A DNA stretch of 64,000 nucleotides from Amphiscolops sp. MND2022 (Eukaryota), in the NCBI GenBank assembly GCA_964187785.1, contig OZ076413.1, positions 49,416,001-49,480,000 of the forward strand, read 5' to 3'. A program made the translations under genes and the position numbers. This document shows, piece by piece, positions 20,673 to 33,900 of this stretch. The notes under the pieces are model-generated. The model searched no databases. It worked only from the letters and a program-made list of their open reading frames with translations, and was not told where the DNA came from. Every line of letters begins with the position of its first letter. The stretch's first letter is position 1.

Positions 20673-21380
20673 GAATGTGGCAGATTTCGTCCCAGACAGA
20701 TTTCGTCCCACGTCGAATTTTGACAGATTTCGTCCCAAACAGATTTCGTCCCATTTTTAACAGATTTCGTCCCAAACAGATTTCGTCCCAAACAGATTTC
20801 GTCCCAAACAGATTTCGTCCCAAACAGATTTCGTCCCATTTTTAACAGATTTCGTCCCATTTTTGACAGATTTCGTCCCACGCAGATTTCGTCCCATTTT
20901 AGACAGATTTCGTCCCATTTTTGACAGATTTCGTCCCATTTTTGACAGATTTTGTCCCGGATTACTAATAGTATGGGAAATTATTCTATGCTATACACAA
21001 AATTAAGCGCTAATCGGTATAATGTATTCGGTGATTCTTCATTCGGTGCTGTTACAGCCAATATGTATGGAACTTGATTTTTTTGAAGAGGTTAGCATAT
21101 TTGTTGAATGGTTCGGTCGCTTCGCTCCCTTCGCCAAGTAGCAACTTTGAGGCATGGCCATATGGCACGTCGCTCCGCTTCGCTTCGCTCCTGCATTTAG
21201 GGCACTAGGGGTATGTTAACATAGCTGACTACGTTACAATAATTATTTGGGACGAAATCTGTCAAAAATGGGACGAAATCTGTTTTAATGTTACAAAATG
21301 GGACGAAATTTGTGTGGGACGAAATCTGTCAAAATTTCCATGTGGGACGAAATCTGTTTGGGACGAAATCTGTCACTCCC
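20673..21380. mobile_element. Foldback/Mutator-like MITE whose arms are tandem cagatttcgtccca arrays
   Basis: Inverted arrays at 20677-20958 and 21248-21376. Flanking direct repeat gtggcgaat (20664-72, 21381-89) is consistent with a 9-bp TSD. Confidence 0.8.
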
Positions 21381-22401
21381 GTGGCGAATGAATCCCTGGA
21401 ACTATCTTTTCGGATTTTTAGTTCGAAAAAGCGGTTCCGAAAAGACTCAGCTCGGAGAAAAAACTCCTAGTGTGCTCAGCTCAGAGTCTCTCGAAAATGG
21501 TCGAAAGGGAAGAACAATTTGTGAACAGTTCAAATCGGCACACCGCCAGAAGCTCAAAAAGCGCAAAGTGCTTTGAATGAAAGAGGAAGGATTCTTTTTG
21601 ACGCTTTAAAAAACTCACAGAGCGAACAAAGTTTTTATAGATTCTCTGAAAAACATGACAACGCCAAAAATCTGTTTGGTTTAACTGAAAAATTCAAAAC
21701 CAAAAGACGCCTTGCTGAATTGAAAAAAAGTTGCAGAGTGTCAAAAACATCAAAGGGATAAATTTTTGGCACTGAAGTGGTTTATTTTACCAGAGAGAAT
21801 TTCAACAATTTAAACGAGAACCTTTTCATTGCGATTCAAGTCGAAAAAACCAGAACTATCGTCACGTTTCATTTCAAAAAGCAACGTCTAACTAACGACC
21901 GGTATTTATCTCACCTTGAAATTACATTGGTTGAACACAGATCCTTTCAGAAACTTGGTATTAGAAATATTCAGAAAAGTTTTCTCGCTAGTTTTTTTCT
22001 ACTCGATCTCTCTTAGCAGGACGTCAGGAGGCCACAAGAGACTGCGAGATACTACCGAAACTGGAGATGTAATTCGAAACTCAAAAAGTAAGCCTGCGAG
22101 TCTTTATATAGGAGATTCGCTAACTTAGATATTAGATTTCTCGCTTCGAAGAGGCAAACTTCGCATTTGATCCTAGTTATTCGTTACATCTCGGGTGTTA
22201 GATCGTTGGTGTTTCCTCAAGGGTTCCTGTGTGCTCAAAAGAACAACCGCCGTCGTTGTTGAATCAAAGGAATCACGAAAAGAACGCGAATTCATTGATA
22301 ATGGTTTGTTTCTACATGCGGTCGTTCTGAAAGTAGAAGGTGACAGTAACTGAAACTTTTCAATTGGAAGCCATGTTGCGATCTTGAGCAATTTGAACTT
22401 A

Positions 22402-23225
22402 CCCAGTGACACGAATCTTGGTAGCCTTGCCAAGATCTTGGAAAAACATGGAAACGCATGGTAGGCTTACCAAGACGCATGGAAAAACATGATGCATGCT
22501 ACGCTTGGCAAGATCTTGGCAAGATCTTGACAAGCGTTCCATGTGGAAATGCTTGCCAAGATCATGGCAAGATCATGGCAAGATCTTGACAAGATAACCA
22601 TGGTAAGACATGTAAGCTGGTATTAATTGTGCATAATTTATTCTTTTCGCGAAAATTCCTTGTCGTCTGCAATTTCTGAATTAGCCATTGTAATAACTTT
22701 AGACATAACATTTATTGATCGAAAATAGTTTTTTAATTCAAAATTATCCAAAATTTGCTCAATAATTTGCTGCACCTATTGACCGAGTTTTGTTACTTGA
22801 GAGCACGGCATTGTTACTACTATCATTAATTATCATACAAAGCAAACTCCGAATCAAGTTATTCAAAACTTGCGGGTTTGCGATATCGGTGTGAAAACCA
22901 ACTTTTTCAGCTATGATTTGTTTAGAATTATGCAAATCATGCTATTACCTGATCTATTGAGGTAACGGGTTCTAATTACTGAAGTTCGTGAATGCAATAA
23001 AAACTCAAAATGGTCGGAAAAATCTTGGTATGCTTGGCAAGACACATGGAAAAGCTTGGTAAGATACATGGAAAATCTTGGTACGCTTGGTAAGACGCAT
23101 GGTCAGCCTTGCCATGATCTTGCATGATCATGGTAGCCTTGGTAAGATCTTGGCAAGATCTTGCCAAGATCTTGGCAAGCATACCCATGCATCTTGGCAA
23201 GCGTGCCAAGATTCGTGTCACTGGG
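22402..23225. mobile_element. TA-flanked MITE with cccagtgacacgaatcttgg TIRs and 11-bp cttggcaagat subrepeats
   Basis: Perfect 20-bp TIR, with TA on both sides. Confidence 0.85.
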
Positions 23226-24199
23226 TAAGCAACCCACTAAGTTATATCGCCTTGAGAACTTTAAATAATAGTTAGTGGTGGTACTTTTTTATTTTGAAAA
23301 CAAAATGAAAAGAATTGACAACTCTTTTTGTATTTTTCCCTTTTTCATATGGGGACCGTGCACATCGGTATACTCAGTACTCACCGGCACGAAAGCGGCA
23401 AAATGCCAAAAAAACGGGACGTCAAACTTCATCTGAAGATCTTATGGAAGCGTTCGTTCTAAGAAGTGCTGTAACATGCACCTCTCCTATTCAGTGTCAA
23501 TGAACTGTATTTGATCATTCAAAAAAACGAAGGCAATTACTGACAGCTGAGTACAAAAAACTTTCCGCGTCTTCAAAACGGAACCCGTTTACATTCGGAC
23601 ATTCACTCTTTAATACTCTTTAATGACTGCACTAATAGAGGTGTCAACCGTGTTGGATTTTTCGAAGTGTCAGACAGAGTATCGAGTGTCACAGGAGAGC
23701 AAAACCGAGCTTTGTGCGGATATATTTCAAAGCGTCAGCGTTTGACTTATCACGTTTTTCTGTCGTTTTTGACTAGTAGTTGTATCTTTTTCAAAGTGGA
23801 AAATTCAAACCTCCGATGCAGGCGAAAACATGGGCCTGCTTTGTTCAACATTCTCAATTGACATTCCAGCCTTCCTTGACAGTGTTCTCATCTGACAGTG
23901 TTTGAAGAGTCAGTTCAATTTCAACGTCGAAGCATACTACGTCCATGGACTTCACAAACGTGTCTCCTTCCTCACTGTGGCTTATATGGATATAGCCACC
24001 TAGTGACCAGTGAAGCGCCTGAACAGTTGTGAAATCTCCACAACATGGACATCATATAAAAAATGTTTTGGATTCCTTGGTATAACGTAGGTTTATTACG
24101 TTACGGAGTCCGGACTTATTGAGGTTGTAATCGCTTTTCGCCAACGGTTGCACGTTGAACCAATTTGGCTACCTTTTTTCTGCAGCTAGCTTCATGATT

Positions 24200-26800
24200 A
24201 GTATCTCGTCGTCAGTTGAAGAGTTTTGGCTTTACTTACGATGATGTTTGTTTCTGTTTCGCCATCGAGCGTGACACGTGTTTCACGGAAGTGTGGAGAT
24301 ATCTCCTTGGATCATGCACAATCTTCAGAATGGTCTTGAGGGTTTTCTGCTTCCGAGTTCACCAATGTTCTGCCGCAAGGAGTATAGGTCTTCCGTCACG
24401 ACCTGTTTTGTTGGTTCTCCCTATCTCGAGGGCCAGACAGCATTTTCACAGTTGTGTCTCTTTCGGCGGTGAAGGATTCGCCAAGGCTGAGTTGTCTACA
24501 GTAGAAGAACACAAGATCATTCTTTATGCTTTTCTGTATGCATGCATAAGCATTTTGTAGCAAACATTTGCGGAACAAGACGATTTCTTCCATGCTGTGT
24601 TGTAAGCTTCAGTCTCGTTTTTCATGAAGACTTCACAAAATTTTACATTTCCAATATGTGTGCCGAGTACTCGGAAACCATCATCAAATAGCATGGAGGT
24701 ACATTAAAAAATTGTTTTGGTGTTTCGAAGAAGTTAGTGTTGTAATTTTTGTTGTTGGTGTGGTTTCTCAGCAACCGCTGATTAGATGTCGCCCATTAAT
24801 CTTTGTGCAAATCTTGTGTCATGTTCCAGGATTGTCACAGACCCATGACCACGTGCATGGATTTCTTTCGTCAAAGTGCTGATCATGATGCTTCCATCTT
24901 TTGCACAGGAGTCTGTCCTTGATACCAAGTCTGTTGCGAATCTGAAAGCAATCATTGAGTATCTTCACTAATTGACAGTTTCTTAAGAAAAATTCACTTC
25001 AATTTCTCTCGCTCTGGGGTTCCTTCATTTGATAGTTCATGGAACTGCATGCGCTGCAAACCAGTTTGGTATGGATGTCCAGAGTGTGCGCCAAGTTTCC
25101 TTTAGTGATTGAAGAACTAAGGTGGTAATCATTCAACTGCAGAAACATAGATAGGGGTGAAATCTTGTTTCTCAACCTGTTGGAAAGTCTCAAACTGTTC
25201 GCGTAACTAGTGTGGTTGTTGCCAAATATACATTCTACAATTTCCTGCCGGTGCCTTTCCAAAGCATTCATTGAACGTTCCAGTAGTTTGGAGCAAACCA
25301 GTCCTTATGGTAACAACTGGAAGTCCTAACAACTTGTATATGTAGTTTGGTATCAGTTCCAGCATACGATGCACCGTGTAAAATGAGGGAAAACAAAACA
25401 CTTCGTGGACAATTTTTGCCGCCTGTTGGTGTGGGTATACCAGTTGAGTTTTTTTAAAAGAACATAGATACCCAGGCATTAAACGACTTGTGGGTTCTCA
25501 AATTTAATTACCCTCTTTTTGTTTAGTGATTGTTCCTCTGAACCCGAGTTTGTAGCAGGTGTCAGGCGCTAAGCTCATTCCCTTGATCTCAACCCTGTTT
25601 GGGATAGTATTCAAATCGCATTTTGTCTTCCCTTTCTCGTAGCACCAATATTCTTCCTAAAACGTTTCTGTTGATTGTGTTGTTCAATTCAGTCTTGTTT
25701 TCACTGATTGGTGGTTTGTAATGTTGGAAACTTTCGTGGAGTCTGCGTCCTTCCAGCCAAGATTTTGCCCTTCTCGTGAAAGACCAAGTCATTGGTACTG
25801 TTTGAACAAGTGTGAAAGTCACCACATTTTTGTTCGTATTCGTCGGAGCTGTATAAGTATTCCAACTTTCGGGGCGCAGATTCATGTCACCATAGACAGT
25901 TTTTGGAATTGGTTCAGGTGAAGAGTGAAGTTTTTATATGTCAGCAATTTTGTAATGGTGTTTGCTATCATCCGGTGGGTTGTAGATAGCACAGAGGACA
26001 AAATTCAGTTTTTTGACAGTTGTAGTGATTAGGATAGTTGTTTGGCGATTGTGTGACATTTTTACGTCCTGAAATTACAACCAAATTGTTTACCATGCTT
26101 GATGCTTCCGTCGGAAATTTTTTACGTTGTCAACAGCTGATCTTTCCTCAGCGTTTCATTTCTGTTATCGAATATTCAAATATCAGTTAATTGCCTTTTA
26201 GCAATGAGGTCAATACCATATGGCTTTAGCCAAGGGAACTCTTTTAGACCTATCTTCTTTGGATCACGTTTTTTCTTTAAACAACGAGGGCTGTTAGTAC
26301 TTTGTGTACTAGTGTAATAATCTATTGTGTGGAGAAGGACAAGAGAGTTTGTAAATCAGGAGGAAGGGTCGAGATTAAGTAATTTGAATTTGTCGGCAAT
26401 AATTAGCAGCATGTCTTCACACTCGTCTTTCTCAAAGATATCGCGCATTTTTAGCTGTATTTCTGCCCAAGACTTATTTATTGGTTGGGGCCGAGCTAGA
26501 TCAAGTCTTGAAAGACGCATTGCATTAGGGTTCTTCCAATTGTGCGCGTTAGAAGTTCTTCGATTCCGCCCGAGCGATCGTCTGGATTCTATTCGAGGGG
26601 AGCTAGTCTGCAGGCGTTGTAGAGCTGGAAATGTTTTGAAGGGAATTTTTCTGTAATAATGCACTTGCCTAAGTTTGCGATCAGTTTACTGAAGTCTGTT
26701 GAGGTTGCTTTGAAAACGTTCGAGCTCGTTCGCAGTTGAAAACCGTATCGTTGGCATCTATGCCATAGGGGCATGGTTCCCTTGAGTTTACAAAGCAGCA
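24200..26800 (-). pseudogene. Heavily decayed APE-type LINE (endonuclease and RT remnants)
   Basis: Minus-strand fragments CAIYNPPD (~25990), VYGDMNL (~25890), NRLGIKDRLL (~24920), LFDDG (~24680). Boundaries approximate. Confidence 0.55.
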
Positions 26801-28579
26801 TTGGGGATGAACCGAGCATTTATTTGTTCAACGATTGACGGATGATATGGCAGAGTTTTGTCGGAGGACTTAATGATGTAATTTCTTTGCTGTTGGTGTT
26901 GAAGGAAAGTGTTTCCTGGAGAGATTTGACTTCCTTGAAAAGATGAGACTTTTCCTTGTTTCCCTTGTTCGAACCTGCGAGAGGTAAATAGTCACTTGGC
27001 TTAAAGTCACTTGGCATAAAGACATTCAGCCTAATACCTTTGGTCACTTGGCTCAAGTTTTTAAAGCCAAACGTTTCAGGTAAATGGTCACTTGGCTTAA
27101 ATCCATTCGGCTGAATATCACTAAGCTGAAAACGCGTGGCTGATTTTGTCGAATATTATATGTACCTTCCCTAATTGCAATAGCGTAGCGATGTGCCATA
27201 CAGCCATGCCTCAATGTTGCTATTTGGCGAAATGAGCGAAGCGACCGAGCCAAATAGCAATTATGCTAAACACTTTGTAACGTTTTTCGTTTCTTGAACA
27301 TATCGTTAACAATTCGATTCAGTCTTTTTAGCGTTATTTTTTGCCTTTGCTTGAGTTAGAATGGACCTGGCTTAATTTTTTGGTCATTTGGCTCGAGGAA
27401 AAGATTACGCCAAACGACTTGTAAGCCTGCGTGAAAATGTTGTGTTTTGGCTATCGACCTGTCCACTGAATCTGTTGTACTGAACACGTTCAAATCCAGG
27501 AACACCATAGGGGCTTGAAGGATTCACGTTGTAACGTCTGAAGATTTGGCTGTGTTTCGACATCGTGGCTTATTTTGCTCACACGCTTAGCAAATGTGTT
27601 TCTGACTTCATTGTGTCTGTTTTGGGTGTTACCACCTCTTGGACAATGCAGAGCGTGCGTTGCAGTGAAATCATCGTTGCATGCGCATTTGAAAGGCATG
27701 TTTTTGGGATTAAATCATTACCTGATAGCGATACGATACCTCACTAAAATCAAATTTCGTGAGGTTGAGCCAAGTTATATCTCTTTAGTGGAAGAGCGTT
27801 TACCCAATTGGTTGATTTTTTTCTGAAGCAAGATCGAGACAGTGTAGTTCTTCAGTTGAGAGTTCTTTCCTGGTTTTTTCTTTTTTTTCTTCGCAGATCT
27901 AGTCGTTTTTCTGATAGCATGTTCGTTGATTTTCTTTGGTATCAACAATGCTTTTTTTCTGGATTAAGTGCAGACACTCTAATGGATCATGAGTATTCAC
28001 TACAACAATCAGAATGTAGCAGCAGATTGAGGCCACCTTCCCGCCCAGGCAGGCGAAACCATCTTTGTAATTTTTGTCAATGAATGTTCGGTTGATCATT
28101 TTGGGGATGACTTCTTCTGCTATGACGTTTTAGGTTTCTTCGAACGGATTTTTGGTGCTTGGCGTTGTGTGAGTGATGAAATGGAGTTTGTAATGGATAG
28201 CTTTCGTGATGGACTTGTATATATTCTCAGGCGTTGTTTCAGCATGTTTTGGTAGTTTCTCTAGTAAACTGACGTGTTTGATTGCTTTTTCCTCGAGAAA
28301 CGAATTTTGCAATTTCGACGTGACGATAAAGTACCTCAGTACACGATGACCGTCAATGAAGTCAATTTTGTCTTCTTCGTAGAAGGAGGCTGCTTTCTCT
28401 TTCAGTCCTGGCTTGACTACTAGATGCCAGCTGGTCAGTTGATACCCAAAACTGGTGCCGGGTTTCTTCAAACTTGAGGAGAGGCTTTGGATGTGTTCGA
28501 ACTTTCCTGTGGCAATTCTGTCATGCACGTAACATTCGTGGAAAAAATGTTGGAATTCGTCAGCGTCATCAAATGACAC

Positions 28580-29436
28580 CAGGGATTGCAGTACCAATAC
28601 CACATTACCAAAATTCAGGGGTCAATACCTATACCTCGAAAATGTTTCATTACCAAAACTGTTTTTCTCAATACCAAAACCGAAGATCTCATTAGCAATA
28701 CATCTATTTGAATGTCATTTGTGGTAAAAACCTTTTGCTTCGAAAATGGTGCCCCATCAAATCCTCCAGAAATTGAATCAAAATTTGGCCATGTAAAATT
28801 CAATCTATAATTAGGTCTCAAAACTCTAATTTGTCGTCTTTCCCCAGTAACACTTGGCACAATTATCAAAAATTGACAAATTATATCCCTATTTCTGGTC
28901 AAAACTATAACAACCCAAGCACGACATGATTGTGAGAAAACAGCAATTACAGGACTCGAACCTGCATGTCACGACAGATCTAGCTAGCAGTCAAGCGCCT
29001 TAACCCTTAGATCAAATGACCTACTTAATCTCACCAATCATTCAACTTATCACTAACGACGCCGTTGTTACACTATCCCCTTCTAACTGAAGCTGATGCC
29101 ACACAGCTCCCAGCTGAACACAAACTACTGGGGATTCGATTCAAGCCACTTATGTAAAGGCTACCAGCATAACAACCCGAGCCCGACATGATTGTTAGAA
29201 AATAGCTATTACAGGACTCGAACCTACATCTCAAGACAAATCTAGCTAGCAGTCAAGCGCCTTGACCCTTAGACCATATGGCTTATTTAACCTCACCAAT
29301 CATTCGACTTATCACTGACAACGCCGTTGTTAAAATACCAATACCTGACCCTGGTATTGACCCAGTACTCAATACCAATACCATTTTGGTCAATACCATT
29401 TACCATTACCATTTATCATAGGTATTGAAATCCCTG
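28580..29436. mobile_element. hAT-type MITE
   Basis: cagggatt...aatccctg TIRs; 8-bp TSD aatgacac/attgacac (1 mismatch); aatacc subrepeats. Confidence 0.8.
28906..29334 (-). mobile_element. TRIM-like mini LTR element with tRNA-derived LTRs
   Basis: Two ~167-bp direct repeats (29334-29168, 29072-28906) with taacaac/gttgtta termini. TGGTAGC follows the 5' LTR and AGAAGGGGATAG precedes the 3' LTR. Each LTR holds A/B boxes. Confidence 0.75.
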
Positions 29437-29888
29437 ATTGACACACCATACATAGCCATGGCTAGAGGATCACCCTGAATTGTGCCCTTCTTAGAGAGAA
29501 GGGTCTTTTTTGCGATGCACTTTTTCGACGGTTTGGAGTAAGTGTTATTCAAGGCATTATAAAGTGGCAGGCAAAGTTGTTTCACGTTCTAAAGAGCAAG
29601 CTATCCACTGAGATTGTAGTTTTTTGCATCTATCATAAAGATTTCTTCGGCATCTTCATTGGAAAACTCTTCACTCAGGGTGGGGATCGCGTGGTCTATA
29701 CCACTTTTCTCACAGACGCAAAGTTGCAAATTGCTATAGAGTAATATCCAATCAGCGTCACTCCAGGATTCCTGTCATACATGCATTGTATGCGTCAAGA
29801 AAATCGAGATTTTTGGGACAATTCGAACAGCCATTTTCGCAATTTTCTGACCGAGATAACTGGATTGCGTATCAAAAGATGTGAAGAT

Positions 29889-32270
29889 AGTTCTGTGCCC
29901 TTATTTTACAGGGATTTTTCAGGCGAAACGCGTTGCACCTGATAATTTCCAGAAAAGAAAGCTTAATCCGGCATGGTGTCCTTATTTTTACAGGGATTTT
30001 TCAGGCGAAACACGTTGCACTTGAAAAATCTCCAGAAAAGAGCTGTTCTTCCAACTTCGTGCACTTGATTTACAGGGATTTTCAGGCGAAACGCGTTGCG
30101 CCTGGACGATTGCAGAGAAGAGCTGTTGTCTAGTTCTGTGCCCTTATCTTACAGGGACTTTCCAGGCGAAACGCGTTGCACCTGAAAAATCTCCAGAAAG
30201 AATTGTTTTTCTAGTTCTGTGCCCTCGTTTTACAGGGATTTTTCAGGCGAAACGTGTTGCACCTGAAAAATCTCCAGAAAACAGCTGTTTTTCTAGTTTT
30301 GTGCCCTTATTTTGCAGGGATTTTTCAGGCGAAACGCGTTGCACCTGAAAAATCTCCAGAAAAGAACTGTTCTTCCAACTTCATGCACTTGATTCACAGG
30401 GACTTTTCAGGCGAAACGCGTTGCACCTGAAAAATCTCCAGAAAAGAACTGTTTTTCTAGTTCTGTGCCCTTATTTTACAAGGATTTTTCAGGCGAAACG
30501 CGTTGCACCTGATAATTTCCAGAAAAGAAAGCTTAATCCGGCATGGTGTCCTTATTTTTACAGGGATTTTTCAGGCGAAACACGTTGCACTTGAAAAATC
30601 TCCAGAAAAGAGCTGTTCTTCCAACTTCGTGCACTTGATTTACAGGGATTTTCAGGCGAAACGCGTTGCACCTGAACAATTGCAGAGAAGAGCTGTTGTG
30701 TAGTTCTGTGCCCTTATCTTACAGGGACTTTTCAGGCGAAACGCGTTGCACCTGAAAAATCTCCAGAAAAGAACTGCTTTTCTAGTTCTGTGCCCTCGTT
30801 TTACAGGGATTTTTCAGGCGAAACGTGTTGCACCTGAAAAATCTCCAGAAAACAGCTGTTTTTCTAGTTTTGTGCCCTTATTTTGCAGGGATTTTTCAGG
30901 CGAAACGCGTTGCACCTGAAAAATCTCCAGAAAAGAACTGTTCTTCCAACTTTGTGCACTTGATTCACAGGGATTTTTCAGCCGAAACGCGTTGCACCTG
31001 AAAAATCTCCAGAAAAGAACTGTTTTCTAGTTCTGTGCCCTTATTTACAGGGATTTGTCAGGCGAAACGCGTTGCACCTGATAATTTCCAGAAAAGAAAG
31101 CTTAATCCGGCATGGTGTCCTTATTTTTACAGGGATTTTTCAGGCGAAACACGTTGCACTTGAAAAATCTCCAGAAAAGAGCTGTTCTTCCAACTTCGTG
31201 CACTTGATTTACAGGGATTTTCAGGCGAAACGCGTTGCACCTGAACAATTGCAGAGAAGAGCTGTTGTGTAGTTCTGTGCCCTTATCTTACAGGGACTTT
31301 TCAGGCGAAACGCGTTGCACCTGAAAAATCTCCAGAAAAGAACTGTTTTTCTAGTTCTGTGCCCTCGTTTTACAGGGATTTTTCAGGCGAAACGTGTTGC
31401 ACCTGAAAAATCTCCAGAAAACAGCTGTTTTTCTAGTTTTGTGCCCTTATTTTGCAGGGATTTTTCAGGCGAAACGCGTTGCACCTGAAAAATCTCCAGA
31501 AAAGAACTGTTCTTCCAACTTTTGGACTTGATTCACAGGGATTTTTCAGGCGAAACGCGTTGCACCTGAAAAATCTCCAGAAAAGAACTGTTTTCTAGTT
31601 CTGTGCCCTTATTTTACAGGGATTTGTCAGGCGAAACGCGTTGCACCTGATAATTTCCAGAAAAGAAAGCTTAATCCGGCATGGTGTCCTTATTTTTACA
31701 GGGATTTTTCAGGCGAAACACGTTTCACTTGAAAAATCTCCAGAAAAGAGCTGTTTTTCTAGTTCTGTGCCCTTATTTTACAGGGATTTGTCAGGCGAAA
31801 CGCGTTGCACCTGATAATTTCCAGAAAAGAAAGCTTAATCCGGCATGGTGTCCTTATTTTTACAGGGATTTTTCAGGCGAAACACGTTGCACTTGAAAAA
31901 TCTCCAGAAAAGAGCTGTTCTTCCAACTTCGTGCACTTGATTTACAGGGACTTTTCAGGCGAAACGCGTTGCACCTGAAAAATCTCCAGAAAAGAACTGT
32001 TTTTCTAGTTCTGTGCCCTTATTTTACAAGGATTTTTCAGGCGAAACGCGTTGCACCTGATAATTTCCAGAAAAATAATAAAGCTTAATCCGACATGGTG
32101 TCCCCATTTTTACAGGGATTTTTCAGGCGAAACGCGTTGCACCTCAAAAATCTCCAGAAAAAGAAAGCTTAATCCCATGTGGTGCCTTTATGCAACAGGG
32201 TTTTTTTCAGGCGAAACGCGCTGCACCCGCAAAAATCCCTGGAAAACGAGGGAAGAAGAGCTGTTTTGAA
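29889..32270 (+). repeat. Satellite, ~81-bp monomer, ~29 copies, 7-mer higher-order repeat of 569-570 bp
   Basis: aggcgaaac core spaced 80-82 bp apart; HOR starts at 29921, 30491, 31060, 31629. An inverted monomer lies at ~32310-32440. Confidence 0.95.
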
Positions 32271-32499
32271 GAGATCTTTCAAATGCTAGAAGCTAGAAGA
32301 AAAACATTTTTTGAGGCTTTTCAAGTGCAACGCGTTTCGCCTGAAAAATCCCTGTGAATCAAGTGCACGAAGTTGGAAGAACAGCTCTTTTCTGGAGATT
32401 ATGCGTTGTGGTTGAAGAATCTCTGCAGAATAAGGGCACAATGCTGGGAAAAAAAATTTCGTGGACTGTTGTTCAAGTGTGAAGTGCAAACCCTTTGCG

Positions 32500-32992
32500 A
32501 CTTTGTTGGCGATGATTGCCACTTATTGGTGGTGTGCAGCGACTCTTAGCGGCATATGACAGTCTACAGTGGCTTCGTCCAGCGGCATATATGCGGTTGT
32601 TTGCGGTTTGATGCCGGCTTATGGCGGCGTACTAGACACTTCATGGCGGATTATCTGGCGACATGTGGCGAAGCATCTGGTGGCATGGCGACATATCTGG
32701 CGTACAATGTCGGCGTATCTGGCGGCTTGTTGGCGGTTAGTGGCGGCTTATTGGCGGCTAGTGGCGGCTTGCTGGCGGCTAGTGGCGGCTTATTGGCGGC
32801 TAGTGGCGGCTTGTTGGCGGCTAGTGGCGGCTTATTGGCGGCAAGTTCGCGGCATATGCCAGCTTTTTGGTGGCGGCGTGACAAAAAACCCTATAAAACA
32901 AGTGTTTTGTGATTGTTTGCCGATTTCGAGCCGTATTTAGTCCGCCATAAGCCGCCAGATAAGCCGCCATAAGCCGCCATAAGCCGCCAGTA
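32500..32992. repeat. GC-rich 21-bp tandem (tggcggcttattggcggctag) with an inverted gccgccataa array
   Basis: Read directly; it explains the spurious GGLLAAS-repeat ORFs. Confidence 0.8.
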
Positions 32993-33199
32993 GTTCTTAA
33001 GCAGCCCCCCCCCCCCAACCCAACATACACTGTCAACTTGGTGTAAGTCAACGGTGTGATTTGATGTCTCACGGACATGAGCAGCGTCGTGCCTTTCCAC
33101 AACCTCTGAAGCAAATACAAACTTTTAGAGTTTTTGGTACAGTTGAGCCTATAGCAACCCAGATCAGTGAACAATGGGTGCACTCATTGCGCTTGCGTT

Positions 33200-33900
33200 C
33201 GTCTTGATTGGGGTGTAGTGTTGGGTGTGCATTCCCTTTTTTTTTGTTGGCCAGAGGTGTGGCAGCTGAGCGCCCTCTCTGCATAACTGAAGTCTGTTGC
33301 TGTTGTTGTAGCAATAGAGTTGGAGTTGTGTCTTCCGTTTGTGTCTTGATTGGGGTGTAGTGTTGGGTGTGCATTCCCTTTGTTGGCCAGAGGTGTGGCA
33401 GCTGAGCGCCCTCTCTGCATAACTGAAGTCTGTTGCTGTTGTTGTATCAATAGAGTTGGAGTTGTGTCTTCCGTTTGTTGGCCAGAGGTGTGGCAGCTGA
33501 GCGCCCCCTCTCTGCATAATTGAAGAAATAGGTGTTGGTGCTCTTGCAGATCGAGGATGTCGGGGTGGGATGTTGGTGTGTATTCCTCCTTGCTGCCCTT
33601 GAGGTAGTAGTGGTAGTAGCAGCAGTAGTGGGGATGCAGGGGTGAGATGTTGGTATGTACTCTATTGGTTGGCCAGAGGTGTGGCAGCTGAGCGCCCTCT
33701 CTGTATAATCGAAGTAACGGAGGTTGGAGTTATTGCCGATCAGGGATGTAGGGGTGGGATGTTGGTATGTACTCTATTTGTTGGCCAGAGGTGTGGCAGC
33801 TGAACGCCATCTGCATAATCAAAGTAATAGAGGCTGGAGTTACTTCTTATTGGGGATGTAGGGGTGTGATGTTGTTGGTGTTCCTCCATGTTGCCCTTGA
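33200..33900 (+). repeat. Irregular tandem with five copies of tggccagaggtgtggcagctga
   Basis: Copies near 33248, 33384, 33479, 33671, 33782. Confidence 0.85.

Larger units (their letters stand above)
27440..29885 (-). pseudogene. Decayed CRE/NeSL-like (RLE-type) non-LTR retrotransposon, interrupted by a hAT MITE
   Basis: DRNPGVTLIG (~29770), GTIQGDPLAMAMYG (29445-29490), DDAD region, and CAC..HALHCPRGG..RHNEVR zinc knuckle. Confidence 0.8.

Noticed and set aside
20677..21376. Short ORFs with MGRNL/GTKSV repeats
   Set aside because: Translations of the tandem arrays of a MITE.
28950..29285. Functional tRNA-Ser genes
   Set aside because: Anticodon and acceptor stems pair poorly; they are parts of LTR-like repeats.
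29889..32270. CRISPR-like look (palindromic constant part plus variable part)
   Set aside because: The variable parts are a few recurring related variants in HOR order, there are no cas genes, and the context is eukaryotic.
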